A stretch of DNA of 64,000 bases from Octopus vulgaris (taxonomy: Eukaryota), in assembly GCA_951406725.2 (NCBI GenBank), contig OX597829.1, positions 37,448,001 to 37,512,000 of the forward strand, in the 5' to 3' direction. Positions 1 to 12,068 of the stretch are shown here, piece by piece. Numbering within the stretch: position 1 is the stretch's first letter; each line of letters opens with the position of its first letter. Under the pieces are notes generated by a model, which saw only the letters and a program-made list of their open reading frames with translations, did not search any database and was not told the origin of the DNA. Made by a program: the position numbers and the translations under genes.

Positions 1-455
1 CCATCAAAGTGACACTGGGGTAAAATATACGAAGCCCAGTATACCCATCATGACTACCCATCTGATAAGGGTACACCAGGCACATGCATCACAACCATAT
101 GTGCGCGACATGGTGATCTCATATCAAGATAAACAGCACATGACCTTGCAGGTGGAGCCCAGTTAGAATTTTCTTCAGATCGAGTAACCCATCCCGCTCA
201 AAAGGTCCCTGAATAAGGGTTGTTTAAGGACGTTGAACGAAACACCCATGTTTCCAGAGGTGAATTATTCAAACCCCAAAGAATCCTTCTCAACACATGG
301 CTATGATGCTCCTCCACTACTTCTGCTCGTGATCAGAGATGCACATATCGTCAGCCACTAAGGGACATGCTCAACTGGTTACGGTCAAACAACTGACAAG
401 CAAATCTGTGGTATTGAGCAGAATATTTGCTGTAGCCCATCTTTTATACCAAGAC
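1..455. repeat. Interspersed repeat fragment abutting a (TTA)n tract
   Basis: Non-coding block of higher GC that ends sharply at (TTA)n 456-491. Class not determinable from the sequence alone. Confidence 0.4.
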
Positions 456-492
<37 letters not shown>

Positions 493-1601
493 CTTTTTCT
501 ATTATCTACAGAGAGATCATTCATCCCTGTCAGTGGGGAGTACACAAACCTGTATCCTGCTAAGATTATCACCCACCTCACTTCCTGGAGACGTTCTACG
601 TTTGAAGAATTTTCCGTAAGTTTGCTTGTCATGTGTTTTTTTTCTTTTTATGGAAGCCATTTGAATGCTAGCTTGGATTAGCTGTGTTTTATTGAAGCAT
701 TGTGGTACAACTAGATGCTCTTCCTGTTGGTAACCATTAACTGTTATTTTACATGTCTTTCAAAAAAAAAAAACTTGCAGAAATAGGTGAGGAAATGACA
801 ACAAAATCATTATTTGTAGCTCTCTCTCTCTCTCTCTCGTTATTTTATTTCATTTTTTTGTCAGAGAAGCACAAATGTGCACACACACACACATATAGGG
901 TGGGCGCCTTCTTTCAGCTTCCAACTACCTAGTTCATTCACAAGACTTTGGTCAGTCTGGAGTTATATAGAAGATACTTGCCTTAGGTGTCACACAGTGG
1001 GGCTGAATCCAAAACCATGTGTTTGGGAAGCCAACTTCTTAATTGCACGCCTTTACATTCTGTTGAGAAATAATCTTAAGTAATATTGTTTTTAATCTAA
1101 AATATTACAGTTTATATATTTGACTCTTCTGCATATCCTTGACAGCATAGTAAACAGGAGAGTCGAGAATGGTGAGTAAAGGTTACCAGAGTGCAATTCT
1201 TGCCATTCGAGCATCACCGTTTAGAAGGAAAGAGGTGGGGAAGCATAAGGAATGGAGATATCCAATCTGCACATTATGAGTATTGTTCTCTCTGTTATGA
1301 CACTGGGTACATGAGATTACTGAATAGGTACAACTGTTTAGAGAATAGATGGTGATGATGATGGTGGTGGTTGTATGTGATGGTGTAGACTGGGCAATGA
1401 ACGGGTAGTAATGCATGTACAAAAAGCACAACAGACAAGGGTGAGGTGTGTACACTAGACTTGTGCAGGAGATTGGGTCTTCTGCAGCATTGTGTATCAC
1501 AAGTCAGCATGGTCTTTCACTTACTCACATACGCACATGTATAAAACCTAAAGCTGACCAAGAGATACATTGGCCAGAATAACCTCAAAAAATGTGCTTA
1601 A

Positions 1602-1808
1602 CTCTTTAGCCTTCAGGTTATTCTCTCATATGTAATACTTATTTATTCATATTGTTTTCAATTAAGCAGGAACTATCTCGTAGCTTTGGGATTTCAGTGA
1701 TGTTTACTTTCAGAATGACATTATAGGGTAAATGGGAGAGGCTAAATCTGGTCATTTTGAGCATAAAACAGGTAGAATATTTCAACCTGATATGGTTGGT
1801 TTAAAGGG
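1602..1808. mobile_element. piggyBac-type MITE (family A)
   Basis: TTAA|CTCTTT...AAAGGG|TTAA ends; homologous to 17235-17453. Confidence 0.7.
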
Positions 1809-1883
1809 TTAAAACACTTACCAATTTTGATCAATCTAAGTTTTGTTAGATATACAGAAACATAATTTGTCTTTTATTTTCAG

Positions 1884-2087
1884 AACTTACCATATTGTCA
1901 GAGTCTTGTTAAAGAAGGTTTTGCTCATGAATCTGACATGTTCTTCACTGCGGTTCTAGAAAGAAGTTCTGCCAAGCTTATCTGCCAGGTTGTTGTACCA
2001 CCCAATTATCCCGTTATTGTTCCTATGTTTTCACTTTGTGTACAGTGGCACACTGTAAGAACAGCTCTAAATGATTATCATGTGCAG
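1884..2087 (+). CDS. THOC5: THO complex subunit 5, third-last coding exon
   Basis: ttttcag|...CAG|gtgagt, phase 0/0. Encodes NLPYCQSLVKEGFAHESDMFFTAVLERSSAKLICQVVVPPNYPVIVPMFSLCVQWHTVRTALNDYHVQ, matching the THOC5 C-terminal region ([20 protein letters not shown]...F.LC.NW). Confidence 0.92.
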
Positions 2088-2280
2088 GTGAGTGGTTTTG
2101 TATATGAATTTTCTTTACACTGGATGGATATTGGATGAGTCTGATCTAGCTCAGCATCTCATCAATTGCTTGTTGTTAGGGTCCCTTGTGTCTTTCATGG
2201 GATTCAGCATCCTACAATCAGCCTTAGCCATTTTTTCTCTACATCTTCTGTCTTCCACTTCGTTTAACAAAAATGATGAT

Positions 2281-2630
2281 GATCATCATCATTGTTTAAC
2301 GTCCACTTTCCATGCTGGCATGGGTTGGACGATTTGACTGAGGACTGTCGAGCCAGATGGCTGCACCAGGCTCCGGTCTGATCTCACAGAGTTTCTACAG
2401 CTGGATGCCTTTCCTAATGCCAACCACTCCAAGAGTGTAATGGGTGCTTTTTACATGCCACCGGCACAGGAGCCAGTCAGGCGGGCCTGGCATCGATCAC
2501 ATTTGGATAGTGCTTTTTATGTGCCACCAGCATGGGAGCCAGTCAGGGGGCATTGGCATTGGCTACATGCAGATGGTACTTTTTATGTGCCACCAGCATA
2601 GGAGCCAGTCTGTGGGGCACTGACATCTTC
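2281..2630 (-). mobile_element. (GAT)n-tailed RTE-like LINE 3' UTR copy
   Basis: CATCAT..TTTAACGTCC..CAGCTGGATGCC..CCAACCACTCC core plus internal GTGCCACCAGCA sub-repeats; about 20 copies in the window. Confidence 0.8.
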
Positions 2631-2636
2631 AAGTTA

Positions 2637-3061
2637 TCGTAAATCCTCGAGTAATGTCCGAATTTCTATTTGCTGTCCGGCAACGTTTATTCAGACGCAT
2701 TTTGTGCTGTTGGGCACGAAAATACCTTAAGCTAAGCCTGAAAGCGCAATGAAGTCATATAAAAATCATCCATAACTTACAGTTAGCAACATTTATTAAA
2801 CATTATTACTGTTATTTCTTTATTTTCTGCAAACAAAATGCACAAAAAAGCTACATGTTTGCATTATGTTATATATACAATAATAATAAAGTATGTTACC
2901 GTATACTTTTTTGCAAATCAAGGATGTTATATAGACCTCCTTGACTCAAGTTAGAGAAAGGGTGCATATTATACACAAGATTTAGGTTTTTCAGAGGTAC
3001 AGCCCCCTAAAAATCCCCTTTGTATTATATTCAAGGGCGGACTACACTCAAGGATTTACAG
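2637..3061. mobile_element. pogo/Tigger-like MITE
   Basis: TA|TCGTAAATCCTCGAGT...ACTCAAGGATTTACAG|TA inverted ends; homologous to 51542-52505. Confidence 0.7.
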
Positions 3062-3383
3062 TAATTAATTAAGTCTATGTTCCATTTTTGGGACAAAGAT
3101 TTTAAAATTTAATGTAAACATTATTACAAAGATTTTGTATTTCTTTCATTACATATTTCATATTTACAATATTCTCTAAGTATACCATTAAAAATAAGCA
3201 ATATAGCATAAAAGATACAATCAAAGAGTCCTTAGGATCTAAAAAATATGTAAAAACTTTACAAATAATATTCATAGTTGAATTTTGACCTTTAATGAGT
3301 TAATTATATTTTTTGATTGATTGTCCATCTCTTTCTTTGTTTCTTTTAATTACATGAAAACACACAAACCAAAAACATTGAAG

Positions 3384-3574
3384 GAAATGGAAAGTGAAGT
3401 GAATGTTCATTATGAAGAATTAATACTGCAGCAATCTCGGGACCAAATACTTTCAAACCAACTGCAGCGATTAACCATGTGCTTTGACGTCTATCTGGAA
3501 ACAGAAGCTAAAAACATGGCTAGAGAAGGCCCTGTGGAAATATCACGAGAGAAGATTTATCCACGTCTTGCAAG
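3384..3574 (+). CDS. THOC5: THO complex subunit 5, penultimate coding exon
   Basis: Encodes EMESEVNVHYEELILQQSRDQILSNQLQRLTMCFDVYLETEAKNMAREGPVEISREKIYPRLA(R), cf. THOC5 MEGEVNV..LLTNQLQRL..LDVYLETE..EGP.E. Junctions aag|GAA and AG|gttatt, phase 0/2. Confidence 0.92.
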
Positions 3575-3871
3575 GTTATTCTTAAAAAATTTTTTTATGT
3601 TCTCTTCCAGTTTTTCTCTTCAAAATGAAAATTGTAAAAATAATTAGGTTACAATGACCTAATTGAAGAAAGCTGAAGTAATTTACATTCTGGTCAGCAT
3701 TAAGAACTATAGTCATACATAATAAAGCAAAAGTTTATGCTCTCTGAAGATAGGCTAATAGACTGCAAGTATCATCTCAGAATAGACAAACCAACTCTAA
3801 AACTAAGGACTGAAAAATTTTGTATCATTTACAATGTGCACACACATGCACTCACACAAACACCTGATACC

Positions 3872-4104
3872 TATTTCTTTACTACCCACAAAGGGCTAAA
3901 CACAGAGAGGACAAACAAGGACAGACAAACGGATTAAGTCGATTATATCGACCTCAGTTCGTAACTGGTACTTATTTAATCAACCCCGAAAGGATAAAAG
4001 GCAAAGTTGACCTCGGCAGAATTTGAACTCAGAACGTAACGGCAGACGAAATACAGCTACACATTTCGCCCGGCGTGCTAACGTTTCTGCCTGCTCACCA
4101 CCTT
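3872..4104 (-). mobile_element. tRNA-derived SINE (GGCGGCGAGCTGGCAGAA head, tail B)
   Basis: Central GCCTTTCATCCTTTCGGGGTCGATAAA-type domain; TSD ACCTGATACC at 3862-3871 and 4108-4117. Confidence 0.85.
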
Positions 4105-4786
4105 CATACCTGATACCATCATCATCCTTTAACATTCGTTTTCCATGCTGGCATGGGTTGGATTATATATTTTCTTTTACTTGAACTTTGAAACTACCTT
4201 GAAGAGATCTGGTACTTATTCTGTTGGTTTCTCTTTTAGCCACATGACATAAATTAAAGGAGCATAACCAAAGCAACACCAGCTGTCAAGAGATGACAAA
4301 CAACCATAACAACACACACACACATGCGCACATTTGTACTCACACGAGTCACTCTGTATGGAGTTTCTACCAATTCCTATTTTTGTATACTGAGCCCAAT
4401 CATTTCTTTGATGGCATCAGAGCCTTGTCTTCTTATCTACCTATTAGAACTTTACTCTTGGTTATTTACGTAAACTCCCTTCAGTTCCAGATTTTGCTTC
4501 CATGACTGGAATTTCTTCTTTAATCTTCCACAGATTCTGCTACAAGAATAAGGTTTATCAGCTTACAGGTGTTCAGATTTTAAACTGTTTGTTATACTTT
4601 TGGAAGACTTATAGTAAACAGAAGAGGGCTGAGAACTTAGTCCTGGTAGACTCTAACTTATACACTGTACTCATTGTTTTTGCTATTCTAATTGCATTCT
4701 ATGTATAATATAGCTTGTATGGTCCTCACTTCCCATTCACCTATTCCAAGCTTCCTGTGTGCCCACCAGATGACAGAACAATAGAA

Positions 4787-5018
4787 AGGCGGCGAGCTGG
4801 TAGAAATGTTAGCATGCCGGGCAAAATGCTTAGCGGTATTTCATCTGCCGTTATATTCTGAGTTCAAATTCCGCCAAAGTCGACTTTGCCTTTCATCCTT
4901 TCGGGGTCGATAAATTAAGTACCAGTTACGAACTGGGGTCGATGTAATCGACTTAATCCCTTTGTCTGTCCTTGTTAGTCCTCTCTATGTTTAGCCCCTT
5001 GTGGGCAATAAAGAACTA
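4787..5018 (+). mobile_element. tRNA-derived SINE (same family, tail B)
   Basis: A/B-box-like head, same central domain; TSD AGAACAATAGAAAG at 4775-4788 and 5019-5032. Confidence 0.85.
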
Positions 5019-5586
5019 AGAACAATAGAAAGCCTTCTCTAGGTTTAAACCGACCATATCCAGCCAAAATATTCCACCTGTTTTATGTTAAAACTAGCCA
5101 GATCTGGCCTCCCACACCTACCTTGCAATGTCATTCTTAAAATAGACAACCACATCATTGATATCTCAAATAAACAAACATTACACTTGACAGAGTAATC
5201 TGAATTTTAAAGCCTTCTCTAGGTTTAAAGTTGCTAATTATAGTGGCCTTCTTCTAGATAAGTATTTGTCTTGTAGTTTTCTCACTAGAACGATGGGATC
5301 AATATACCTCTTCATAATACAAAGCCACACACATACACTGTCTCTCTCACTGACTTGTGGCACAGGTATGGCTGTGCAGCACCTTGGGCAAGTGTCTTCT
5401 ACTATAGCCTTGCGTTAACCAAAGCCTTGTGAAGAGATTTAGTAGGGAGAAAATGAAAGAACCCGTGCCAGCATGGAAAACAGGCGTTAAATGATGATGA
5501 TGGTGATATATGTACCAGATCATTGCCCATTGCTATGCTGCCAATAAAAATATTAGTTAATCACGCATGTACCTTCATAAATTGTT

Positions 5587-6320
5587 CAAAGTGAAAGTTT
5601 TTTTTCTTTGAAGTCTGTGTTACATTGTCTATATGTCAAAAGACATACACACATACAACCCCAAAAAAAGCTATATATATATTATATACATATAGCTTTT
5701 TTTTCTATGTTTATGTTGACAGATTTGCATTTAAAATTCCCATGTTTTTAATCAAAACTTGTTAGTCACTAAGGTGAAAACACTATCTTTTTCTCTCACA
5801 CACACACACACACTCTCTCTCACACACTATTTTTTTCCTCCCCTTCTATTTAAAGTGAAAGTCTGTGTTGCATTGTCTATATGTTGAAGGATATAAACAA
5901 ACAACCTTCCAAAATGTGTGTTGCATTGTGTTGACAGACTTGCACTTTAAGTTCTGCATTTTTAATCAAAACTTGTTAGTTACTATAATGACAACACTGC
6001 CTATCTATCTTTCACTCTCTCTCTCTCCCCCAACAACAACTTTTTCCATTCTATTCAAAGTGAAAGTCTTCTTTTGAAGCCTGTGTTGCACTGTCATATG
6101 TTAAAAGACACAGAAACACACATAACGCACATAAAATTTAAAAAAAACAGATATACATATAGTCTTTTTCTGAAGGCTTTTACGTTGTGTTGACAGACTT
6201 TCGCTTAAAATTCTCTCGTTTTAAATCAAAACTTTTTAGCTACCATAGTGATAACACTATCTATCTGTCACACTCTCTCACTGTGTTTCTCTCTCAACAA
6301 CTTTTTCTCCTCCCCTTCTA
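5587..6320. repeat. Degenerate tandem triplication (about 200-260 bp unit)
   Basis: AAAGTGAAAGT..GTGTT(G/A)CA(T/C)TGTC..GTTGACAGA..AATCAAAACTT recurs from about 5587, 5851 and 6057. Confidence 0.7.
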
Positions 6321-6989
6321 AAAATGCATTGTGATATATATTTTGGTTCTTCGTCTTCCTCTAATAGATGTTGTGATCTACAGACAGATTGAGATCCTCT
6401 TCTTTTTGATAATATAAGATATGTATGTGTCTGTGTTTGTCCCCCATCCCCACTTAACAACCAGTGTTTGTGTGTTTACATCCCTGTCATTTAGTGGTTT
6501 GGCAAAAGAGACCGATAGAATAAGTTACTGGGGTGATTGGTTCTACTAAAATTCCTCAGGGTGTGCTCCAGCATGACCACAGTCTAATGACTGAAACAAG
6601 TAAAAGGTAAAAAAAAAACCCAGTTAAAGCAGGTAACATGGTCTGACTATGGATCTATAGATTCCAAGTTTGGCTCCTGGTAATCTCAAAAATCTTAATG
6701 TCAGATACTAGTGACATGCAAATGACACCCATGCCGGTCGCACGTAAAAGCACCCATTACACTCTCGGAGTGGTTGGCATTAAGAAGGGCATCCAGCTGT
6801 AGAAAGTCATACCAAATCAGACTGGAGTCTGATATTGTGAACCACTTATTAACTCAACAATGCTTGTTGATCATCAAATGCTTTATAAAAGACAAAATTT
6901 CTATAAAACATGCTCTTGCAATATTTTACCTGTTATTCTCTGTAATTGTTTCTAATTGGTTTCTTCTTTTTTTTTTTTTTTTTTTGCAG

Positions 6990-7053
6990 GGGTCCAAACC
7001 GGAATAAACCATTCAAATATGATTCCCAACTTGGAATTTTCACTCACAGATAA
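6990..7053 (+). CDS. THOC5: THO complex subunit 5, last coding exon
   Basis: poly-T gcag| acceptor, phase 2. Encodes (R)GPNRNKPFKYDSQLGIFTHR*, cf. THOC5 [21 protein letters not shown]. Confidence 0.93.
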
Positions 7054-7078
7054 AAGTTTTTGTTGTTTGTTTTTTTTA

Positions 7079-7084
7079 AATAAA
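7079..7084 (+). terminator. Candidate THOC5 polyadenylation signal
   Basis: AATAAA about 25 nt after the stop codon, followed by a GT/T-rich tract at about 7105-7120. Confidence 0.45.
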
Positions 7085-7840
7085 ATAATCTGAATCTTTT
7101 CCATTGTTTTTGTTTTCGTCTTATACGAAGTGATTGAAAAATGCTTATATTTAATTTTTTAAGAAGCTAGGTGTCTGAAATTTGTTTTTCTTGCACTTCA
7201 TATGATATTTTTACAATAGCATTTGGTAGAAGGAATGTACAAAAGCCCACCATATATATTCTTTTATTTTTTTTAACTTGTTTCAGTGACTCACCTCCAG
7301 TTTTTTGACCCGGGCAAAACAATGAAAATAAAATAGTGTAAAACAGCATGTAGTAAACGAATATGCAAAAAATAAGAAAATGCACGCTGGCAAATGGGGG
7401 TGGGTGGAGAGATGACTCGGAAAATTCGCACAATCAAACTCACAGGATCCAAAATGTCAACACCCTGTCACAAAATTAGAAAAAAAAGTGTAATAGGTGT
7501 AAACCAACATGTAGTAAATGAACATGCCAAAAAAAATGCACACTGGCAAACGGGGGGGGGGCAGGAAAATTCATACAATACGATTTTTTTCCTCAAGAAA
7601 ATGGGTATTCTTCCTAATCACACGGTTCTGAGTTTAATCCCACTGCATGGCACCTTGGGCAAGTGTCTTCAACTATAGCCTCAGGCCGAAGGTGGCATTT
7701 TAGAGGAAAAATTATCTATGCTATAAGCGAAGATGAAAACAAAAATTTGTACACAAAATTTTTTCAATTCTGTTTTCTGCATAATGGTCTAAATAGAAAT
7801 AATTGCAGCATAGATGTTTGTAAGCCATTCTAGAACATAC

Positions 7841-8243
7841 TCATTACCAGCGTCGCCTTACTGGCACTTGTGCCTGTGCTAGTAGGGTGCCAAGAGCACC
7901 ATCCAAGTGTGATTGTTGCCAGAGCAGCCAACTGGCTTCCGTGCTGGTGGCACATAAAAGGGCACCATTCGAGCATGATCATTACCAACGTTGCCTTACT
8001 GGCACCTGTGCCGGTGGCATGTGTAAAAAGATTTGAGCAAGGTCATTGCCCGTACCGCCTGACTGGCCCTGTGCCAATGGCACATAAAAAGCACCCACTA
8101 CACTCTCGGAGTGGTTGGCGTTAGGAAGGGCATCCAGCTGTAGAAACTCTGCCAGATCAAGATTGGTGCGGCCGTCTGGTTCACCAGCCCTGTCAAAATT
8201 GTCCAACCCATGCTAGCATGGAAGGCGGACGTTAAATGATGAT
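7841..8243 (+). mobile_element. (GAT)n-tailed RTE-like LINE 3' UTR copy
   Basis: GGAAGGGCATCCAGCTGTAGAAAC core; ends GGACGTTAAATGATGAT. Confidence 0.8.
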
Positions 8244-8643
8244 TTAAATCTCATTTCAATCTCAATATTTTTGTTGCTTTAAAACTGTGACTCGTTCACT
8301 GACAAAACAAATGTAACACGAATTTTTGTCAGGGTTTTGTCGCGGTTTTGAAGAAGGTAAATATTTAGACACAAATGAAATTTAAATGTTACAGTAAAAG
8401 TAACAGGTTTTATTGTTCTGATATTGCTTACAAACATCTTACACACTGCTGATTCTTTTAAATATTCACCTTTACCCTGCCCCGAATTACAAAACTTTCC
8501 ACTGTTTTTCATTTTTTTTTTATTTATTTAATTCTTTATATGGATAGTTCATGTTATTAAAATAAATTATCTTTAACATTCCTTTAAATTGTTGCAAGAA
8601 AAAAAAATTTGCTAATAGAGAATGATGTTATAGAAATAATAAC

Positions 8644-9447
8644 CTATACTCTGTGCTGTCCATTTCTTGGGTACAAACATCAAGTCCCTTTCTTTGGTAT
8701 AAACAAGTCCATTTCTTGAGTACAAACAGCAAGTCGATTTCTTGGATATATATATATATAAAAGAGATAATGGTGTCATTGAGACCCAAAGGTGTTAGGT
8801 AATGCTGATAGTTAAGTTCCAGATTCGGTAATTTTGTGATAAGGGGTTCAACGTTGGTTCTATGTCAGCGTGTGTATATAAGAATTTTTTGTGTAATGAG
8901 ATAAAACACCAAGGCTGTGTAGATATTTGAACATTTATAGATAGAAGGTCTTACAGCTGTTTCCAGGATATTTATTAATTATATCTCTTCATCGGAGACA
9001 GTGTGAGAGGATGATTAAGCCATAGTTAGTTTAGATGTGATACAAAATAGAGAGTGAGGTGGAGGAAAGAAAATAGATGCAAGATATGCAAAAATTGAAG
9101 TTGTAGATCCATTTTTCTTTTTTATTTTATGCAGAATGGTATGTATGTAATATTCCAATACCCTATGAGTAAGTCCAAAGGTCCAACAGAGTTTAAAATG
9201 GGTCCTTCCAAATATAGTTTACATACAATGTAAGATTCCCTTATGAGTGAGATACAGCAGTTTTTAAATTTGGTCATTCCAAGTAGAGAGTTTATACTAT
9301 AATTAATAAATATCCTGGAAACAGCTGTAAGACCTATCTATAAATGCTCTAATATCTACACAGCCTTGGTTTATTATCTCATTACACAAAAAATTCAAGA
9401 AATGGACTTGTTTAAAGCCAAGAAATGGACAACACACAGAGTATAGA
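8644..9447. mobile_element. TIR element (CTATACTCTGTG...CACAGAGTATAG) with internal Penelope-like inverted tails
   Basis: 8644-8712 is the reverse complement of 9396-9447, with AAGTCCATTTCTTG sub-repeats; 8882-8983 is inverted at 9298-9396. Confidence 0.55.
8948..8999 (-). ncRNA. Penelope-type minimal hammerhead ribozyme motif (U4C core)
   Basis: GTCT-CCGATGA-A-GAGATAT..ATATCCTG-GAAA-CAGCTG-TA-AGAC: stem I GTCT/AGAC, palindromic stem III ACAGCTGT, GUA triplet. Confidence 0.55.
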
Positions 9448-9579
9448 TCATTTACTACATGTTGTTTTACACCTATTAAACAATTTTTTTTTTCATTTTT
9501 GTGACCAGGTGTTAACGTTGAGTTTTTGGATTCTGTGAGTTTGATCATGTGAATTTTCTGAGCGTCTTCACCAGTATGC

Positions 9580-10060
9580 ACTCCTCTATGCTGATGACCT
9601 TACTCTAATTGCTGCATCACTATCAGAACTTGAGGAAAAGTTTCAGGTGTGGAAGCAAGGATAAGAATCAAAGAGCCTTAGAGTCAACCTAACTAAAACC
9701 AAAGTCTTAATAAGTAGGAAGGCAGACAAACCAGAAATCCCTTCAGGTAGATGGCCCTGCTCGATCTGTAGAAAAGGCATAGGTAGAAACTGTACCCAGT
9801 GTAAGCTATGGACACATAAGAGGTGCAGTAATATCAAAGGAAGGCTAACTGGGAAGATAGTTTTTGTATGTGGCAAATGCTCAGGTGCTATAAACTCTGA
9901 AAATGTGCAGAGAACAGCTTCAGTCACATTCCAGTGAGAAAAACTACAAGTAGTAGATAGCTTCCATTACCCAGTGGTCAAAGTCAGTAGCGGGGTGGAT
10001 GCTCTGAAAGTGTAGCTGCTAGAATAAGAATAGCCTGGGCAAAGTTCAGAGAGCTACCTC
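9580..10060 (+). mobile_element. RTE-like LINE RT fragment with Cys/His-rich insertion (decayed)
   Basis: LLYADDL..ELEEKFQVWKQG*..LRVNLTKTKVL..WPCSICRKG..CTQCKLWTHKRC..FVCGKC, with stops and frameshifts. Confidence 0.8.
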
Positions 10061-10269
10061 TGCTCCCAATGCATTTTTAACTTCCTTTTTGTATGTTTCT
10101 TCCCATGTGGAATTAAATGTTAAGTAGTTGACATTAAAAAGGAATTACAGCTGTAGAAACCATATCAAAGCTGACATGGCATACAACATATGGAGTTTCT
10201 GTTCTATATTTAAGAGATGAGGAATTATTTACATTTGACAGACATTTGTCCTCATCTTGTTTGTTGTTA

Positions 10270-10312
10270 ACTCAACATTTTTGGTGATTACCCTCCAGAC
10301 TTCATCAGGTGT
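10270..10312 (-). ncRNA. Decayed minimal hammerhead motif
   Basis: ACAC-CTGATGA-A-GTCTG..ATCACC-AAAA-TG-TT-GAGT; G12 appears as A. Confidence 0.4.
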
Positions 10313-10720
10313 CTTGGGGAAATTTTGATCATGGGGTCTCATTCCTAAGCTAATTTTCATCATCTTCGTCTTCGTTGTTATTGTTGTTATTATTCAGGTC
10401 ACTGTCTGGAATCAAACTCGGAATCTTGGGGTTAGTAGCCCGTACTCTTAACCACTACACCATATGCCCATGGGCAATTATGGAGTGAATCTTAGGGCTC
10501 ATTAATCTAATATTCTCCTATCCTTCCTTAATACCAGTTGTATTATAGAGTTGCAGCTTATCAAATATGGCCATTTCCCTGAAGGCATCAACCTATTGTC
10601 TTCTTCCTTACCAAAACCTTCGCATTTGTTAGACTTTTTGATTCTTGATTTAACTTCCATGCTTGGAATTTTCTCTCTTATTTTGCTGTAGATTCAACTA
10701 TGAGAACTAAACAATCAGTC

Positions 10721-11667
10721 TGGAAGAACGACCGTGCGAAAGGAGAGGTGACGAATGAATGACTCCTTTAATACACCGCATGGTCGCTTACAATAAAAGC
10801 AAAATGGATGAATACAAGTGCCAGAAGGGAAAGAAAGACGACACAACCGTAGAATGTTAAGAGAAAGGTTTTATTTATGTGTTCACATGTATGTGTGTGC
10901 AACATAGGTACATATATAATAATAATAGGCAGGCCATCATGCATACATAATATGTATGTGTGTACAAACAAGGGTGTATGCATGTCAGATAAAATACAGG
11001 GCATAGAAAGAGTCTATAACAGGATGTTAGAAGAATGTTCTGGCACAATGAAGATAAATACCAGTTCGTAGTAAGGTATACAATAGTTGAAGTGCTGTAA
11101 GAAGAAGTTGTGGCATTGAAGCAGAGCCAGTTGAAGCAATGTCATGTAAGAAGTTGTGGCTACTATGCTGTGCCAGTTACTTAATACAGGAAGATCTCTC
11201 AGGTTGTACTTGCTGTTAACCATGGTGAAGTAATTCACAAACACTGGAGTTAAACCTGAGCGAACGTTGCTGTGTATGTAGAGATGTTGATGGAGATGGA
11301 GGTCCTGAATGCTGCTGGACGAAGTCGAAATCACCATGTGGGCTGTTGTTGGTGTTGTCTGTCGCTGGAACTGGCTGTGTGCTCTGTGGTCAGTGGTTAG
11401 GCCTTAGAAGGTCTAGAACCAAAGACAAAATACGGTTGTTGTAACTAACCTTTTATAGGGACTAGGAGGCTCCCATGGAGAATTAGAAGACTGTGTCATG
11501 GGACCTTATCAGAAGGCTGCGATTGGTTGGGTTGCACATTGGCACGTAATAGAGCAAGAGGCAAATTGCGCCAATACCAACCAATCAGAGTAGTGGACAC
11601 AACAGGGTTCAAGTGGCCAAAGGTTAGCTGTTATCTGCTATGTACGTACTTATGTATATATATAACA
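10721..11667 (-). mobile_element. Possible solo LTR
   Basis: On -, begins TGTTAT and ends TTCCA, with TATAAAA (about 11450) and ATTAAA near the 3' end. No TSD seen. Confidence 0.3.
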
Positions 11668-11739
11668 GAGAGAGAAGAGAAAGAATTTCACTAAGCGTAC
11701 ACTATAAGTCTATAGACAGCCAGACTGATGAATAGAAAA

Positions 11740-12062
11740 GGAGTGAGCCTTGATGGATTCCTACAGTCAAGCTAAATTCATCCTTGAAGACATAGTTAAT
11801 TCATTTACTGCATCTTTGTACATAGCTTATACAGCTATCACATGCCTTTCATTTACTTCTAGTTTCCTTGGCAACTACCTAATTGCTGAACATAGTGCTC
11901 TTTCAAACATCTCCAAGTTAATGAATGCCAGGAATAATGGTTTCCTCTTTGACGAGTATTTTTCCTGTAGTTACCTCATTAGGAAAATTGCATCTACAAT
12001 ACCTCTTCCAGGTATGAAGCCAAATTGCATCTTATCTAAATCTACTCTGTCACAGATCATTT
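11740..12062 (-). mobile_element. RTE-like LINE RT fragment
   Basis: DKMQFGFIPGRGIVDAIFLMR*LQEKY..KPLFLAFINL, the non-LTR RT QFGF..GR..DAIF motif. Confidence 0.75.
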
Positions 12063-12068
12063 GTAGTA

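Noticed and set aside
11725-11731. CTGATGA as a hammerhead core
   Set aside because: No stem II or closing stem I.
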